A stretch of 64,000 bases of DNA from Octopus vulgaris (GCA_951406725.2 OX597823.1:109368001-109432000); one strand, 5' to 3'; numbered from the stretch's first letter, positions 13,643 through 28,713 are shown. The notes: a model not told the origin generated them from the sequence alone. Numbers and translations are program-made.

Positions 13643-16600
13643 TTTCAAATAAATCCTAAACAATATACGACGCCGGTGACATATGAAGTGCTTACCAGAG
13701 AAGACGCTTACAATTTCATTGTTAGGGAAAATTCTGCAAACGATTATATCCAAATTAAATATTATTATGGTTACTCTTAAGTGTATAATTTTTGTTGTTA
13801 TTATTGCTATTGTTGTTATCAGCTGTGATCGAGCAGAGAGAGACTTCAGTGAAAGATCTTTCATTCATGATGAATCTTTTGTTTATCTTCGAAGACTTTG
13901 TTCAACGTGACTCCACTTGCGCAGCAGGTTAAAGCATGGTTGAAGATAAAAAAATAATTTTAGTAAGTAGTTCAGCCCACCACAGGCCCCAGTATGGTTG
14001 GAATAGTTGAACTGTCTTTGCCACAATCACAGATAATTCGCAACCATATAGAGCTAGCATGATCCACTATTCGACTTCCATCAAACAGAAAAGTTTGATG
14101 TTTGCGGTGTAAATTAACTCCGAGGATGCGAACAAATTTCAAATTAACTCCCAAGGTTTTAAATGCAAGTGATAAAAAGATTTCATTACAATCTGAACCG
14201 TTAATTTATAATTGTCTAGTGTTGACTTCCCTCTTGATATCGTTGCTTCTGGGGTGAGCCAAAGGTGTAAACTTAACCTTGATGCTACCATAAGCAAATT
14301 GAAAACTTAAATTAAATCGAACGTATAAAGTTCAAACGTAATAATCGAGAATTAGATTTATAAATTATATTTCCATTTTACGTTTTCAACTAATATTTTT
14401 TGTGTTTTCTATTCTTCTGTTTTACTGATTACCACATATTTATTCAACTTTATGAAGTGTTTACACTCATACAAACACACACACGCATACACACACATAC
14501 ACACACACGCACAGATACATACACATATATATATACCTTGTTGGCCTTCTTTTTTCCCTCCGTTCTTCAATTGGTTTCATGTCAAAAACCTAGAAGTGAA
14601 ACAAAATTCCGTGCATAAAAAATAAAGAGAAAAGTTCTTTCGTTGCTACAAACCAAACACACCCACCCACCTACACAGAAAAAAGATATATATAAATAAA
14701 AAAGAAATAATGCTTATATATACAACTATAAAAAATTCCAAAACTACTCGACATAGAAATGAATAAATAAAATTATATTTTCTCTGATAAAACAATGAAC
14801 AATGTTTAACTAAATTCTCATGCTGGTGACCCTGGTGACAGCCGAATTTACATCATTGCCTCCAGCAACAACAAAACAAAAAAATAAGGAAATATGAAAG
14901 CAAAATAAAAAGAGAAAAATTATTCAGAAAGATTGAAACAAAAGATGCGAAAATAAAACATATTTTCACATATAAACAACTTCCCAAAGGCATTTTTTAA
15001 AAAATATTGTTATATTTTTGCCTTGTTTTCAAACTTACTGTTTATCTCCATGAAATTATTGTTTTAAATCTCTTTTCTTTATAGTTTTGTGAATGTTGGC
15101 ACACATACACACTCAAACACGAACAGAAATATATATGCGTATACATGAATACATTCACACACATCCATATACGCATATAGAGACACAATGCCATACACAT
15201 ACAGACACAATTATTACCGAGATTTCAGACATATGCACCTATAGAGAATTCTGCCTCAAAAGATAAGGCTAATATTTCTCAATATTGCTAGAAGCATCAC
15301 CATCAACACCCCAAATATCGCCACCAACACGCCTCCATTAACACCAATAACACCATCAACATTATCATGTTAATGATAATAATCAGCAGCAGCAGTTTCA
15401 TCATCATTACCACAATCAACATCTATGCATAATTCTTATCTGTTAAATTTCTACTTAGCACAGTTCATGATGTAATTATTAATGTCACCAAAGATTTTGC
15501 TGTTTTTTTTGTTTGTTATATTCTGTTTATTATTTTTTTTTGTGCTTCTTTTTATTTCAGTCTTTATATTTCTGATATTTTTTTTATTCATATTCATACA
15601 TGCATTTATTTATACCGAAACATATATACATGCGTACAAACATAAATCCATATATAGATTCACAAATTCTTACATAAATACACACGCACACACATACACA
15701 CACATACACACTCACAAAAGCACACATTCATGCATGTTGCTAGATATACAAACTTACGTACATACTTTAGACCTCAAGGAATTTTTATTTGCATCCGCAC
15801 TAACATCACACACACACACAGCTACACTGATACTCAGCTGTGTGTCTCACTCTCCCCTCATACATACACACATATATACAAATGTGTGTATATGTGTGCA
15901 TGCGCGTATGTGCATACGTACACATGTATGTATGCACGTATGTGTTTATGTGTGCATGTGTGTGCTTGTGCATTGTGTGTATCTATGTGTATGTGTGTGT
16001 GTGTGCGTTTGTGCATGTTTGCGTGTGTTTGTGTGTGTATTTGCAAGAGAGCATCTTTGGCTTTTGGGAAGTTTTAATTCAATAGATAAATTCTTTCATT
16101 TTTGCTTTTTAAATTTTTCTTTTCTTTTACAACTTTTGTACAATTGTATTCATTCAATCATTTTATTTATTTACTTTGCCAATCGCCACCCCTTTTAAAT
16201 TGGGGTTATTCTAAATGTGTTGTTTAATTTCAATCTTTTAGGCGTGTTAGTGAATGAGGTTATGGTGGGTATGTAATTTGAAAGTGTTCACAGGAGGAAA
16301 TACACAATGTTCCCGTGTATGTGTGTGAGAAGGAGTTGTAAAACATGCTGATGGCTTGACTGTAAATTCTAGTCAAAGTTTAATCCTTCGCGGTGAATTT
16401 TGCTATAAGGGAAAAAAAAAAACATAAAAAAGATTGTTTGAGGAAAAAATAATAGAATAACTCCAGAATCTGCAGAGATCAGATGGAATAACAATTAACA
16501 GATTTACTTGGAAAAAGTAGAGAAACAAAATCGGGGGAAAAAAATAAAAGTGAAAATAAGTAGTGCAAAAAGTTGAAGTCAAAATGAGTAACGGTGGAGA

Positions 16601-16970
16601 AATACGCAGGAAGAACATAATGGATGAATGAAATATGTGAATATATGAATAAAGAGTGAGAGGATGGAATGATGAGTGATTTGGGTAGTGTACTTAAAAA
16701 ATATAGCGAGGAGTTTAGAAATTATGTTCTTGACGCGGCTTTTGTAGTGGACGCTTTTAAGGTTATGCTTATCTCTAGAAACGTTGGATCTAATCGCTTA
16801 TTCCTGTTTCCCCGTCCTTTTCACCCACCGTCTTTATATGTATGTTTGTTTGCTTTTTGTTTGTTATTTTTTGTTTTTGTTTGAGTTTTACTTAAATTCC
16901 TCTTAAGAGATTTCAAACCGGTCGTTAGCACAGAGACAAGACTCTGAGTTAAGAGAGTTCCTGGTTTCAA

Positions 16971-17315
16971 TGGTTTCAAATTTTGGCACAATGCCAGCAA
17001 ATTCTGGGGAGGTGGGTAAGTCGATCATATCGATTCCAATGCTTAACTGATAATAGTTTTATTGACCCGGAAAGGATGAAAGGCAAAGTCGACCTCGGCG
17101 GAATTTGGACTTAGAACGGACGGAATGCTGCGAATTTGGACTTAGAACGGACGGAATGCTGCGAATTTGGACTTAGAACGGACGGAATGCTGCGAATTCG
17201 GACTTAGGACGGACGGAATGATGCGAATTTGGACTTAATGCGAATTTGGACTTAGACGGACGGAATGCTGCTAAGCATTTCGTCCGGTGTGCTACCGATT
17301 CAGCCAGCTCGCTGA
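16971..17315 (-). mobile_element. SINE family A with internal 31-bp tandem amplification
   Basis: Family A head and domain interrupted by about 5.5 copies of GAATTTGGACTTAGAACGGACGGAATGCTGC (17101-17270). Confidence 0.85.
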
Positions 17316-18315
17316 CTTTGTGTTGTGTGGACGCCCTCAGACGATGAAGTAGACTTGCCCAATACGTAGATATAGAGAGAGAAGTCTAGACGAAGAGAGT
17401 TGAGTAGCAGTCGGTAGAGTAGAGTGTATCAGAGCAGAGCAGAGTCGAGTTGAGTAGTAGAGGTCATCCGAACGTGCGACATAACACTCTGGTAGTTTCA
17501 TATCAAACGTCATGAGTGCTTCACTCGTAATCTTATATATTTGGGGAGAGGCATTAACACAATACTCACTTCGTAGTTCGGTTAACAATGCTGCATTGCG
17601 ATTGTGTTCTTTGTTTACATACCAGACTCGCCGCCAGAATGACTCTAGAACTTTCGTGAAGACGAACATTTACTACCTCGATGGTATCGACTTTCATACT
17701 GCGATAAACAGATTGTGGGTTTCGGGAAAACTTGCGGTGTTTTATTTTTAATTCGTGTAATTTTTCTTAGAGTAACGAAGTTTTCTACTTATTGCTTGTG
17801 GATCGTCTTTGAAGGCGACCAGCTCGTCTTAAGAATGTTTCTCGACCACAATTCCCATACAGTTTAGAGAATGTGTTATGCAATTGTAGTTGGTGAATCA
17901 TGAATTCGTTTTTAGCGTTGCATTTGATGATAGAGTCCAACTGTCCTATATTTTCCCTCAGACATTTAATGTTATTTTGCAAGGTGGTAATCAATTTTGG
18001 TTCAGTATCATCGGCGGATAACATTAGGGAGGTGGATTTTTCACAACCCGTGTGGTTGTAATAAACATTATCGACTACAAGCAGCGATTTGGCATGGTCG
18101 ATGTCCATTACACCGAATGTCTTGCCCATCGATGACTTTCAGGTGCTTTAACACCGTACCCTTTGAAAGTGTAAGTTGCACCACGCCACATCATAGCCTA
18201 CCGATGAATACCAATAACGCATGCGTTATGTATGTATGGGCCATAATATTTATTATGTTTATTACACTAATGCTGCCTTTATTTCGCATTCCAATATAAA
18301 TATATATATATATAT

Positions 18316-18510
18316 TCTTTACTCTTTTACTTGTTTCATTGTGGCTATGCTGGAGCACCGCCTTTAGTCGAGGAAATCGGCCCCACGACTTCTTATTTGT
18401 AAGCCTAGTACTTATTCTATCGGTCACTTTTGCCGAACAGCTAAAATCCAGGGACGTAAACACACCAACAGTGGTTGTCAAGCGATGGCGAGGGGGGGGC
18501 AAAAACACAT
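18316..18510 (-). mobile_element. SINE family B 3' half
   Basis: GCTGGAGCACCGCCTTTAGTCGAG..GGGACGTAAACACACCA matches copies at 32187 and 32973. Confidence 0.85.
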
Positions 18511-18623
18511 GCACATATACATATCCATAGGAATATATATACACGCACCCACCCCCCCACACACACACACATATATATATATATGTATATATATATGTGT
18601 GTGTGTGTGTGTATATATATTTA

Positions 18624-18698
<75 letters not shown>

Positions 18699-18754
18699 AT
18701 ATATATATATGGCGTTGTAACTAAATTTGAAGCCACCATTAAGCAGATCATACA

Positions 18755-19038
18755 GGGAAGAGCTCACAGAATCGGTAGCACACCATGCAAAATGCTTAGC
18801 ACCATTTCGTCTGTCATTCGTTCTGAGTTCAAATTCCGCCGAGGTCGACTTTGCCTTTCATAATTTCAGGGTCGATGGACTATTTACCAGTGAAACAGTG
18901 CAGTCGATATAATTGACTAGTCCTCTGCCCCAAACTTCAGGCCTTGTACCTATAATAGAAAGGCTAAAGTAAATACCTTTTGAGTGCTGGGGTCAAGGTC
19001 ATCAACTCCTGGCTTTGTGCGAAAATTTGAAACCAATA
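18755..19038 (+). mobile_element. SINE family A copy with duplicated tail
   Basis: CAGAATCGGTAGCAC..GAGTTCAAATTCCGCCGAGGTCGACTTTGCCTTTCA..GGCCTTGTACCTATAATAGAAAGG. Confidence 0.85.
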
Positions 19039-19437
19039 TTCTTTCCTACTCTAGGCAAAAAGCCCAACATTTTGGGGGAGAGTGCTAGTCGATTAGATCG
19101 ACCATAGTATGCAACTGGTACTTAATTTATCGGCCCCGGAAGAATGGAAGGCAAAGTTGATCTCGGCGGAATTTGAACTCAGAACGTAACGGCAGACGAT
19201 ATACCTATTTCTTTACTACCTACAAGGGGCTAAACACAGAGAGGGCAAACAAGGACAGACAAACGGATTAAGTCGTTTATATCGACCCCAGTGCGTAACT
19301 GGTACTTATTTAATCGACCCCGAAAGGATGAAAGGTAAAGTCGACCTCGACGGAATTTGAACTCAGTACGTAAAGACAGACGAAATACCGCTAAGCATTT
19401 CGCCCGGCGTGCTAACGTCTCTGCCAGCTCACCGACT
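19039..19437 (-). mobile_element. SINE family A, dimeric copy
   Basis: Same two-module structure and junction as 1037-1454. Confidence 0.9.
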
Positions 19438-19860
19438 TAAAAGGTGATTGAATTTTAACAGATGAAGGTGAAGTTAATAGTCTTAAAAAACTTGCAAACA
19501 CATATTTATAAATGGCGACACCCTCAGACGATATTCTGAGATACTAAAAAAACTTTGAGTTTTCATATACTAATAATTTCTGTCACTGTAATGCTTGTCT
19601 GTCGCAGAGATGCTTGTCTTTCTGTAACAGCGCAGGATTTGATACCAGAGAGTCCAAACAATTACGGTGATGTGTTATATCCAACACTCTAAAAATTCTG
19701 CCAGTTCTTCACCTTTACAGAATGATACGAACATCCATAGAAATACGTACATATATATATATATATACATATACATACACATATGCACACTGAAACATAC
19801 ACATAATATAAATATATATATGTTTGTGAAACTGAAATTGCATATACATACACACATATA

Positions 19861-19927
<67 letters not shown>

Positions 19928-20829
19928 ACATGCATATATATATGTGTATATATATAATGTGTGTAATCCTAAATGTACATATGTGTGTGTATGTGTGTGT
20001 AATCATTTATTTATATGACAGATAAAGTCAACATTTTTATGAAACCAATAATCGTGTGAAATAATTGCTTTTCAATATAGGCAACCCCCACTTAAACTAA
20101 TAAAAAAACACGATTTCTTGTTCATAAATTGAACTTTAAATTACAATTTTAGTTTTCGCACTATAAAATATTTAAAATATGTTTTGTATAGGTTGTTTCT
20201 TTAGCATTGCTATCGTGATCCAAAACTACATTATGGCCAGTTGTATATGTATTATTAAGATTTAAAATAAAAATTTTGATAGCACAAAACCAAATAAATA
20301 AATATTAAATAAAAGCACACAAAATTTAATGGTAAGTATGGAAAACATTTTTATCATAGAATATTTTTTCTCTCTGAAATTTATTTACATCCGGTAGGTA
20401 TGTTACGAATATTTTATTAGTAATTTTACACATAAGAAAATTCTATAAAACAGAAATTTAAAAATGAATCACAAAATGAAAAGTGGCAATTATTGAGCAA
20501 ACGAAAAAAAATGCCATAAAATCATATCATTTTATATTGATTTAATATTGCTTATGGAGTTTAAGTTTAAAAAAAGATCATATAATTCTGTAAAGTGCAA
20601 AATTAAATATGAATCACTATAAAAGTTAAGCTTATTAAAATATCAGTTTGTAAGTAAGAGGGTGTTATGAATATATTTTAAAATATGATACATGAAATAT
20701 AAAAGTATTTTCCTATATTATACATATATATGTTTTTTTAAATAATCACTTATCGTGTTAGTTTACTATTTAAAATACATATTTGCAGATGTGAAGAAGC
20801 ATAAATGAATATGAAAAAAGCTATTCATA

Positions 20830-21152
20830 AAGCCGTGCGGTTAAAAGTTTCATTTCATAACGTTTTGGTTCTGTGTTCGACTGCATAACGTTGCAATTTG
20901 TGAAAATATCATCTAGGGTCGCTTTCAGTTGAGTAATACCTTGATAATGAAACTGTATGGATGTTAGTGTCCATTTTCTGTCGTTAGTTTTCGGTGGTGT
21001 TAAAAAGTTTAATTACGTGATTTGACAAAATATAGATCTATAAAGTACTTCTAAGACTGATATAAGTAGTGAGATCGATATAATAACTAAAAGCCTTTGA
21101 AAGCAATGCTTCATCATGGTCGTAGCTCAGTTAATAAAACCAGTAATAAAAC
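20830..21152 (+). mobile_element. Old degraded SINE family B copy
   Basis: GCCGTGCGGTTAAAAAGTTT..GTTCGA..ATAAAGTAC..GCAATGCTTCATCATGGTCGTAG..AAACCAGTAA. Confidence 0.55.
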
Positions 21153-23181
21153 AAGTCAATATAACTTTTAAAGCATAAACAGTAGTTTGTAATTTACGCA
21201 CAAAGGTTGATCAGTGTTGAGGAAAGGGGTTAAAACGTTGTGCCACTATGTAAAGTTAGTTATGTTTAGCAGGTTGTACTTAGAAGATTTGCTAGTGAGA
21301 TTGGGAAGAATAGCTTTCAAATAATCCACCACACTGCACAGAATGGAAAGAATTAAGCCATCCAGTGCGAACAGTCAGTATTTGGCAACGCAGTTAAGAA
21401 TTTTGCTTCATGTCGGACGCCGGATTAAAATTCTCTCAATGTCGTCAAGAACATAATTTTTTCATCGTAGACTAAGATGTACCCCGATACTTGTAACTAC
21501 AATCCAGTAGCCTTTTCCTAAAATATACAACGTTAGTTCGCCTATCTTTATAACCTGAGCTAAAATTGTTTCTTTAGTGAGCCGGCTTTTCATTCCTTCA
21601 AGGTCGGGAAAATGCGTACCTTCTGAGGTATTAAATTGGATCTATTCGACTTGTATCATTCTGGTATGCCGAAGTAAAAGAAGTAAGATACAAGCAATAA
21701 AATATTTGATATTGATTAGCAAAGTGGTTAAAGACATTGAGTGGAGAGAAATTTATTTTCTACCGAACATATTTAAGAAAGATGTACAGCTTAGTTGATC
21801 TGGCTCTGTGCGAAAAGCACTGGTGACTGTAAAAGCCACAGATTAACGTTTTAAGAAAGGACACTACAATATAGATCCTTATAATGGTCCATATCTATAT
21901 GAAGGCTAAATAATTTGATCTACCTTACGACGACTATCATAAAATGTAACCTGAAATCACATAGTTGCGAAGCTAACTTCTTCACCTCACAAATCCTGTC
22001 AGCACGCATTGGGTTAACACCTCTCAGTGTATGAAGGAAAATGTATTTCTCCAGCTATTCTTTTCTTTACTACCGGACTATAACTATAAGTAAAACAATT
22101 GGGTTCTTTTATTTGGGGGGCCTTCCGGAGAAAGTGCGGTTTATGGGGGGTACGAGGACATATAAGGCTAGCTCGTTCATTTTAACTGTCTTTGAAGTGT
22201 CAAATAATGTTGCTGTTGAGGTTTAACACAAAGTCATCGCCCAACACACAAGACCATGATAAAAGACATTTCCGGCGTGACCATCGCAGGATAATACAGG
22301 GGTACCTACATCAATCAATTTCTTATCATATTCTCAGATGGTACATCACGAAGGTCAGCATCCTGAAATCACCACGGATTGGATGTTGCCAGCACATAAA
22401 TTTCTTGACAAACAGAAGCTCATCTATCCATAAGAATCGGGGTAAACTACTCAGTATTACATTTATTTGAGATAGTTTTAAAGGTTTTTCTAAGTAAATG
22501 TGTATCTCTTAACATTATTTTATTTTATTCATAAGTTAGATATAGATGCAACATTATGCAGGGTTTCCTCGAAGCATCTGTTGCATTTCAGTTTCCGTAT
22601 ACGATAGTGCGTTATATATTACAGACCATTGAATAACGCACCTGCGTAACTCTCTTTAAATCTGCAGACGAATTTATTTGAAGGAATGTATTTATGTTTT
22701 CTATACCTAAACGAAGGAACATGAGAATCTTGACTTAAAATCAGTTGCGCAAGTACGTATAGAGTAGTGAGTACCTATATAATAGTATTTTACTCTGTTT
22801 TTTACTGAACCTTTATAGATTAAGTTGTTTTCTACATTTGTTATCTAATGAATATTTAAGACGATCTTTACGTGTACATAACCGGTTAATATTTCTGAAT
22901 TTTTCGTCCAAAATATTACATTGCATGTATTGTTAATATTAGGTACTGAGTTGAGAATCTCTTCTGTATTAAGATAAGCAATACTGTAATAGCAAGGCTA
23001 AAGAAACTGTAACGGTATTAATGGCGCAGTCGACAATGGTGGCAGCGGCAACAACCGTCTCTACATCTGCCACTATACGGGTCTCAATACTAATTATATG
23101 AATGAAGCACAAATATGTCAAACGAAAGAAAAAGGAAAACTGCAGCAGTAAATCAAATCGCCTGTCCTGTGGTTAATCTGA

Positions 23182-24796
23182 TCTGTTCACATTCTACAGC
23201 GAAATAGGAAAGGAGAAAATAACCGTTGAAGACCCAACTGCCATGGAAGAAGTTAGAAACTTCTGGAAAAATATTTAGAGTAATGATAAGAGAACCAGCC
23301 AGGGGTCGAAAAGTCATCACCTGGTACAAACTCTTCTCTGAATGTGAGCCTGGATGGTCACATCAATGGGAGCTGCCACAAGTCGAGCCCTCCAAGTCCG
23401 CCACCACACCCACCACTGAAAGAAAAAATGGACCCGAGAAGAGTGTACGGAAGTAATATAAGCATTTCGATATGCATTATGCAGGCCATCTGAAGGGAAA
23501 CACAACACACGCTTTTATCAAATATGGAGCACGCCAAATCAAGGCAACAGACTACATTTGGACGAAAACAAGTTAGCATATGTTAGGAGGGCTATCTTCT
23601 GAAATAAATGGTTCATAGACAGTAAAATATCTGCGATCAAACACGGTACGGAAATGATCGAAATATAAGACAAGGAAATGAAGAACCAGACGAAGAGAAC
23701 AGCTCTCCACGAGTCTGAATTGAAAGAACTGGCAATAGTCTGGAGAAATAAATTGTAATAAACCTAATAAAGATAGCGAGGAAAGTGGTAAAGAAACAAT
23801 ATTTGAAGACTATGATAGAACAGAAACAGACAATTCTGAACAAGTTTGCAGTTGTAAGACACGCTAGTGGGCATGATAGAGAACCACTTCATAAGCTCTG
23901 AAATACAATCCAAAATAGAAAACAAATTATAATTGGAAACTATGTAATAAAGGAACGAAGCTGCTAAAACAACTGAAACCAGCCTCTGAAAGAAAGAAAG
24001 AAATTCAACCCTGAGAAGAATTCAAAATTGGAAAAGTAAAATTGAAAAAGAGTTTGAAATATTGAGAGGTGAAATATCAATATTGAATGAACTAATCTGT
24101 GGAAACAATGTAAAAACCAGAAAAAGAATGAAGATGAAGAGAAAACATAGATTTTCACCAAGAGAACTGCTTTCAGCGAAAGAAACACTGCAACAAAAAG
24201 TCAAATCAAAAGCTCATAGAATACGAAGATTTGAGAAGAGAAACAAATTTTACAAGCAAAATGGTCTGTTCACATCCAATTCGAAAACATTCTACAGTGA
24301 AATAGGAAAGGAGAAAATAACCGTTAAAGACCCCACTGCCAGGTAAGAAGTTGGAAACTATTGGAAAAGATGCAGACTGGATTAGACACACAGGCGTATG
24401 CTACCAAAATTTACCAGAGCAAGCGTGGGAAAACATGACAATAGCAGACTCATAAAGGCTGATAAGTGGAAAACTACTGGTAATGTTAGGGGGCCAAATT
24501 TACGGGTCACCTCGCTCCCGTGCGCACACGAAAAGTAAGTCCAGTTATTCAATGAAATTATGAGAGATCCTACGAAAACACCTTATTGTTTAGCAAGTGG
24601 TATTACTTGCCTGTTCCCGAAGAATAATGAAACCAAATTTCCCCAAAACTATCATCTCATAGCATGTCTATCCTCCACTTATAAACTTTTAACATCCATC
24701 ACCGCAGATAAACCATACAAATTTATGGAACAGAGCCATATTTTCCCCACTGAACAGAAAGGATGCCGACGAGGCTCATATGGATGCAAAGAGTAA
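23182..24796 (+). mobile_element. R4/Dong-like non-LTR retrotransposon, N-terminal region to start of RT, degraded and 3'-truncated
   Basis: ETLQQKVKSKAHRIRRFEKRNKFYKQNGLFTSNSKTFYSEI; GITCLFPKNNETKFPQNYHLIACLSSTYKLLTSI..IFPTEQKGCRRGSYGCKE (RT entry and QxG motif). Confidence 0.85.
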
Positions 24797-24936
24797 ATCT
24801 TTTCGCGCAAACTCTCTTAACTTAGCCTTTTGCGCAGGTATAACTTCAGCTAAGTTTCTGGTAAAAGAATTTTGGAATTTGACAATCTCTCCCAACGTGC
24901 ATGAGCTGATGAAAATATGTATGACTCTTCATAACT

Positions 24937-24972
<36 letters not shown>

Positions 24973-25191
24973 ATGTGTCCTTATTCTAAATTTACTAGAA
25001 GTTTAAACTTCGGATTTACAAATTGGACAGACAGTAGAAATCATTTTTATTGCAATGGTTTTTCACTGGACAATTTACTCAGCCAAATATGATTTATACT
25101 GAGTGATTGTAAAGTATTCGACTGGATTTTTAATCGATTCTTTTCTCCAGTGTGATGTGACTCTCTCTCTATCTCTCTCTCTCTCTCTCTC

Positions 25192-25287
<96 letters not shown>

Positions 25288-25289
<2 letters not shown>

Positions 25290-25480
25290 AGGGAAAGTTT
25301 ACGAAAAAAACAAAAGACAAAGACAGGTGGTGTACAAAACAAACAGATGTATTAGTATAACGCTCAAGAATAGAAAAAGTTTTTTACGTTTCGAGCCGAC
25401 GCTCTTCTACAGAAAGGGACACAGAAAAAAAACAAGGAGAGAAAAAATGTGTGTAGTGACTAACGATCTATCATGGCGAG
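25288..25480 (-). mobile_element. Penelope-like pLTR-type element with variant hammerhead (CUGUAGA core), adjoining (TA)n
   Basis: Minus strand UUU-CUGUAGA-A-GAGC-GUCG-GCUC-GAAA-CG-UA-AAA at 25381-25416; homologous to 44365 and 48610. Confidence 0.65.
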
Positions 25481-26471
25481 TGTGTGTGTGTGTATAGGCC
25501 AAATAATTTGACATTTTTAGATAGTTTATGCCTGGATAGTGGTTGGCTTTATAAAGGATAAGTTATTTTAAAACAATTTTGAAACTGGTAAAACTGAGGA
25601 TACTTTTAAAATGTGACGTATGTTTGGGAATGATTCTTATGAAGGATGAATCTGTACTTAGCGAATATTTCATTTACCATTTGATTTTAATTTTCTCACC
25701 TTAATTGCATTGATAACTAACAGAAAGTGCAACAGCACCTGTATTCACCATACTATACGATGATTTCTTGTCACGCTAATAAGATATCTCTGAAAATTAC
25801 AATATTTAGCAATTGAAGCCAAAAATACTGAAGGTATATTTTCTCTTTTGTCGAGATTTTAGCTGATTTTATAGGTTTCACTTTTAAAACTTACTGCAGG
25901 GTTCGTTGAATAGCGACGGAATACATCAATGGTACAATAACGTATTTTTCACGTTCTATTTAATGAATGAAGTCTAACATGCTAAGGATCACAATTGCGT
26001 CTTTTGCTGTGATGTAGGTAAATCGGTTATATATTGCAATGAGCTTTGCTAGTATAATTTGTATTTGTTGAGATTTGACATGCAAATAATTTGTTTTATA
26101 GATGGCAGCGAAGAGAAGTGGGCCTTTGAACCCCAGATTACTACAGTAATAGGTGTTAATCCGTAGGTGAAAAGGCGGGCGTATTTGCAGCCTGTAGTGT
26201 CATTGAGTTTTCAATCACAAATTTAGTGCCAGCGTTTCCTTTAATCATAAATATAAACTTCAGTATGCTAAATGAAGAGATATATGTGTGTGTGTATGTG
26301 TGTGTATATATATAAAAGTATATGTGTGTGTATTATATATAGATTTTATACATCCATATATACATACGTATACATAATATACCATATATATGCGTGCGCG
26401 TGTTTGTGTGCATTCGATATATATATTATATATATATATATTTGTATGTATTATGTATGTATGTATATATA

Positions 26472-26609
<138 letters not shown>

Positions 26610-27030
26610 ATATATATGTATATATATATATATATTCTATATGCATAGATATATGTTTGTGTATGAGTAGGTGCCAGAGAAAAAGCGAGTGTTAGAAAGC
26701 TTTCTGTGTTCCTGGGCGTCTGTCTTACGGTGTGTGCGTTCTTATATGTTTTGCGACTGATTATCTTTGTGTGAGCATAAAAGTGTGTGTCTATGCCTTC
26801 AAAAATGGACACCTACCCTTTAAAACCCAAAACTGGAAAATCGCAAAATAAAAACAAAAATAAATAAATGAATAAATAAAAGACGCAAAAAATTGTAATT
26901 CGGAAACAAAGACAAACCGTTCCGAACCAGCCATAAAGAATATCCGAGAAAGAAAATTATTAGTCACGGGTTTTATTGTTTTCTTCGATCATGTTATTTT
27001 TACTCTTTTCATATGTACATACATGTCTAG

Positions 27031-27080
<50 letters not shown>

Positions 27081-27298
27081 ATGTATATGTATATGTATAT
27101 ATATGTATATATATAAATATGTATGTATATATATATATATATGCATGTATATATATATACATGTATATATATACATATATATATAGACACATATATAATA
27201 TGTATATGAATATGTTTGTATGTGTATGCATGTGTGTGTATATATATATATGAATAATATATGTGTATGTATATGTATGTAAGTTTGTATGTATTTAC

Positions 27299-27329
<31 letters not shown>

Positions 27330-27902
27330 TGTGTGTGTGTGTGCGTGTGTTTGTGTGTCTGTGTTTGTGTTTATGTATGTAGCTGTATGTATATATGAGT
27401 ATTTTTTATTGCAAATTATTTTGTCAAAGATACTTGATTCTATCCAGAGATTTCCTGCATGACCTTTGCTGCAATGTTGCAATATCAGAACTGACCAATG
27501 CTGTAGCAAAAACTGCATGTTAATCATTCGTTCTTAACTGTTTGCTTATTTAGGCGTGAAAAAGAATGTTTTTGATGTTGCAATTTTTGCCTCGGTTTTT
27601 GTGAGGAATTTCGTATAAGGTTTGGCTTGAGTTGAGGAAGAGGAGAGTATGTTTTACTGGACTATGTATTTCAACTACACGCACACAAACACACACACAG
27701 ATGCATATATACATACATATGTATATAGGAATATATACTTACGTATATATATATACATATGCGTTTGTATATGTATTTATCTGTGTGTACGTAGATATTT
27801 GAAGAGGACGTACACGCATTATTAGCCACATGCATACACACACATATGTTAATTTTCTTTATATTTATGTCCGTTGTAACTTTTTATACCCCGAGCCACT
27901 TT

Positions 27903-27985
<83 letters not shown>

Positions 27986-28227
27986 TTTTTTTCTTGCTTT
28001 TTCAGGAATGTTATTGTTGCAGTTATTGCAGCTGCTGTTGTTATTGCTAGCACTAGGGTTGCTGCTGCTGATAATAATGATGACGACGTTAGAAATGAGG
28101 AATTTGTTGTTATTTTGTTTTTAGTTTTATTGTTCATTCTCAACTTATCAACAAAAACACCCCTAAGGTTTGTGTCCATTGGTATACAACATATATTTTG
28201 AGATTGATTACACGATTCTAATGTAGG

Positions 28228-28269
<42 letters not shown>

Positions 28270-28304
28270 CGTCAATATATATCTATCAATCTATATATAT
28301 ATGC

Positions 28305-28370
<66 letters not shown>

Positions 28371-28514
28371 ATATATGTGTGTGCGTATATATATATATAT
28401 AAATGTATACTCTGTTTGAAACGGTGTACAGATATTTTATAATATCTATATCTATGTGGGTGTCTGTGTCTGTGTGCATTTTTCTATTTGTAAAAGACTG
28501 CCCAGATAATATAC

Positions 28515-28713
28515 TGATTTAAAACTTTGGCAGAGGGCCAGCATGTTCACGCATGGGTTTAAGTTGATTACATCAACGCTAGTTCTTATTTTATCGACCC
28601 CGAAAAGGTAAAAGGCAATGTCGGCCACGGCGAAATTTGAACCCATATCGTAAAGACAGACGAAATATGGCTAAGCATGTTGCCAGATACGCTAACGATT
28701 CTGCCAGCTCGTC
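28515..28713 (-). mobile_element. SINE family A copy
   Basis: TTTATCGACCCCGAAAAGG..AATTTGAAC..CAGACGAAATA..GCTAACGATTCTGCCAGCTCG. Confidence 0.85.

Noticed and set aside
17101-17272. CRISPR-like array
   Set aside because: Contiguous tandem units without unique spacers, inside a SINE; eukaryotic context with no cas genes.
25495-25650. Possible mariner N-terminal relic (GKTEDTFKM*RMFGND)
   Set aside because: Similarity is too short and degraded to support.
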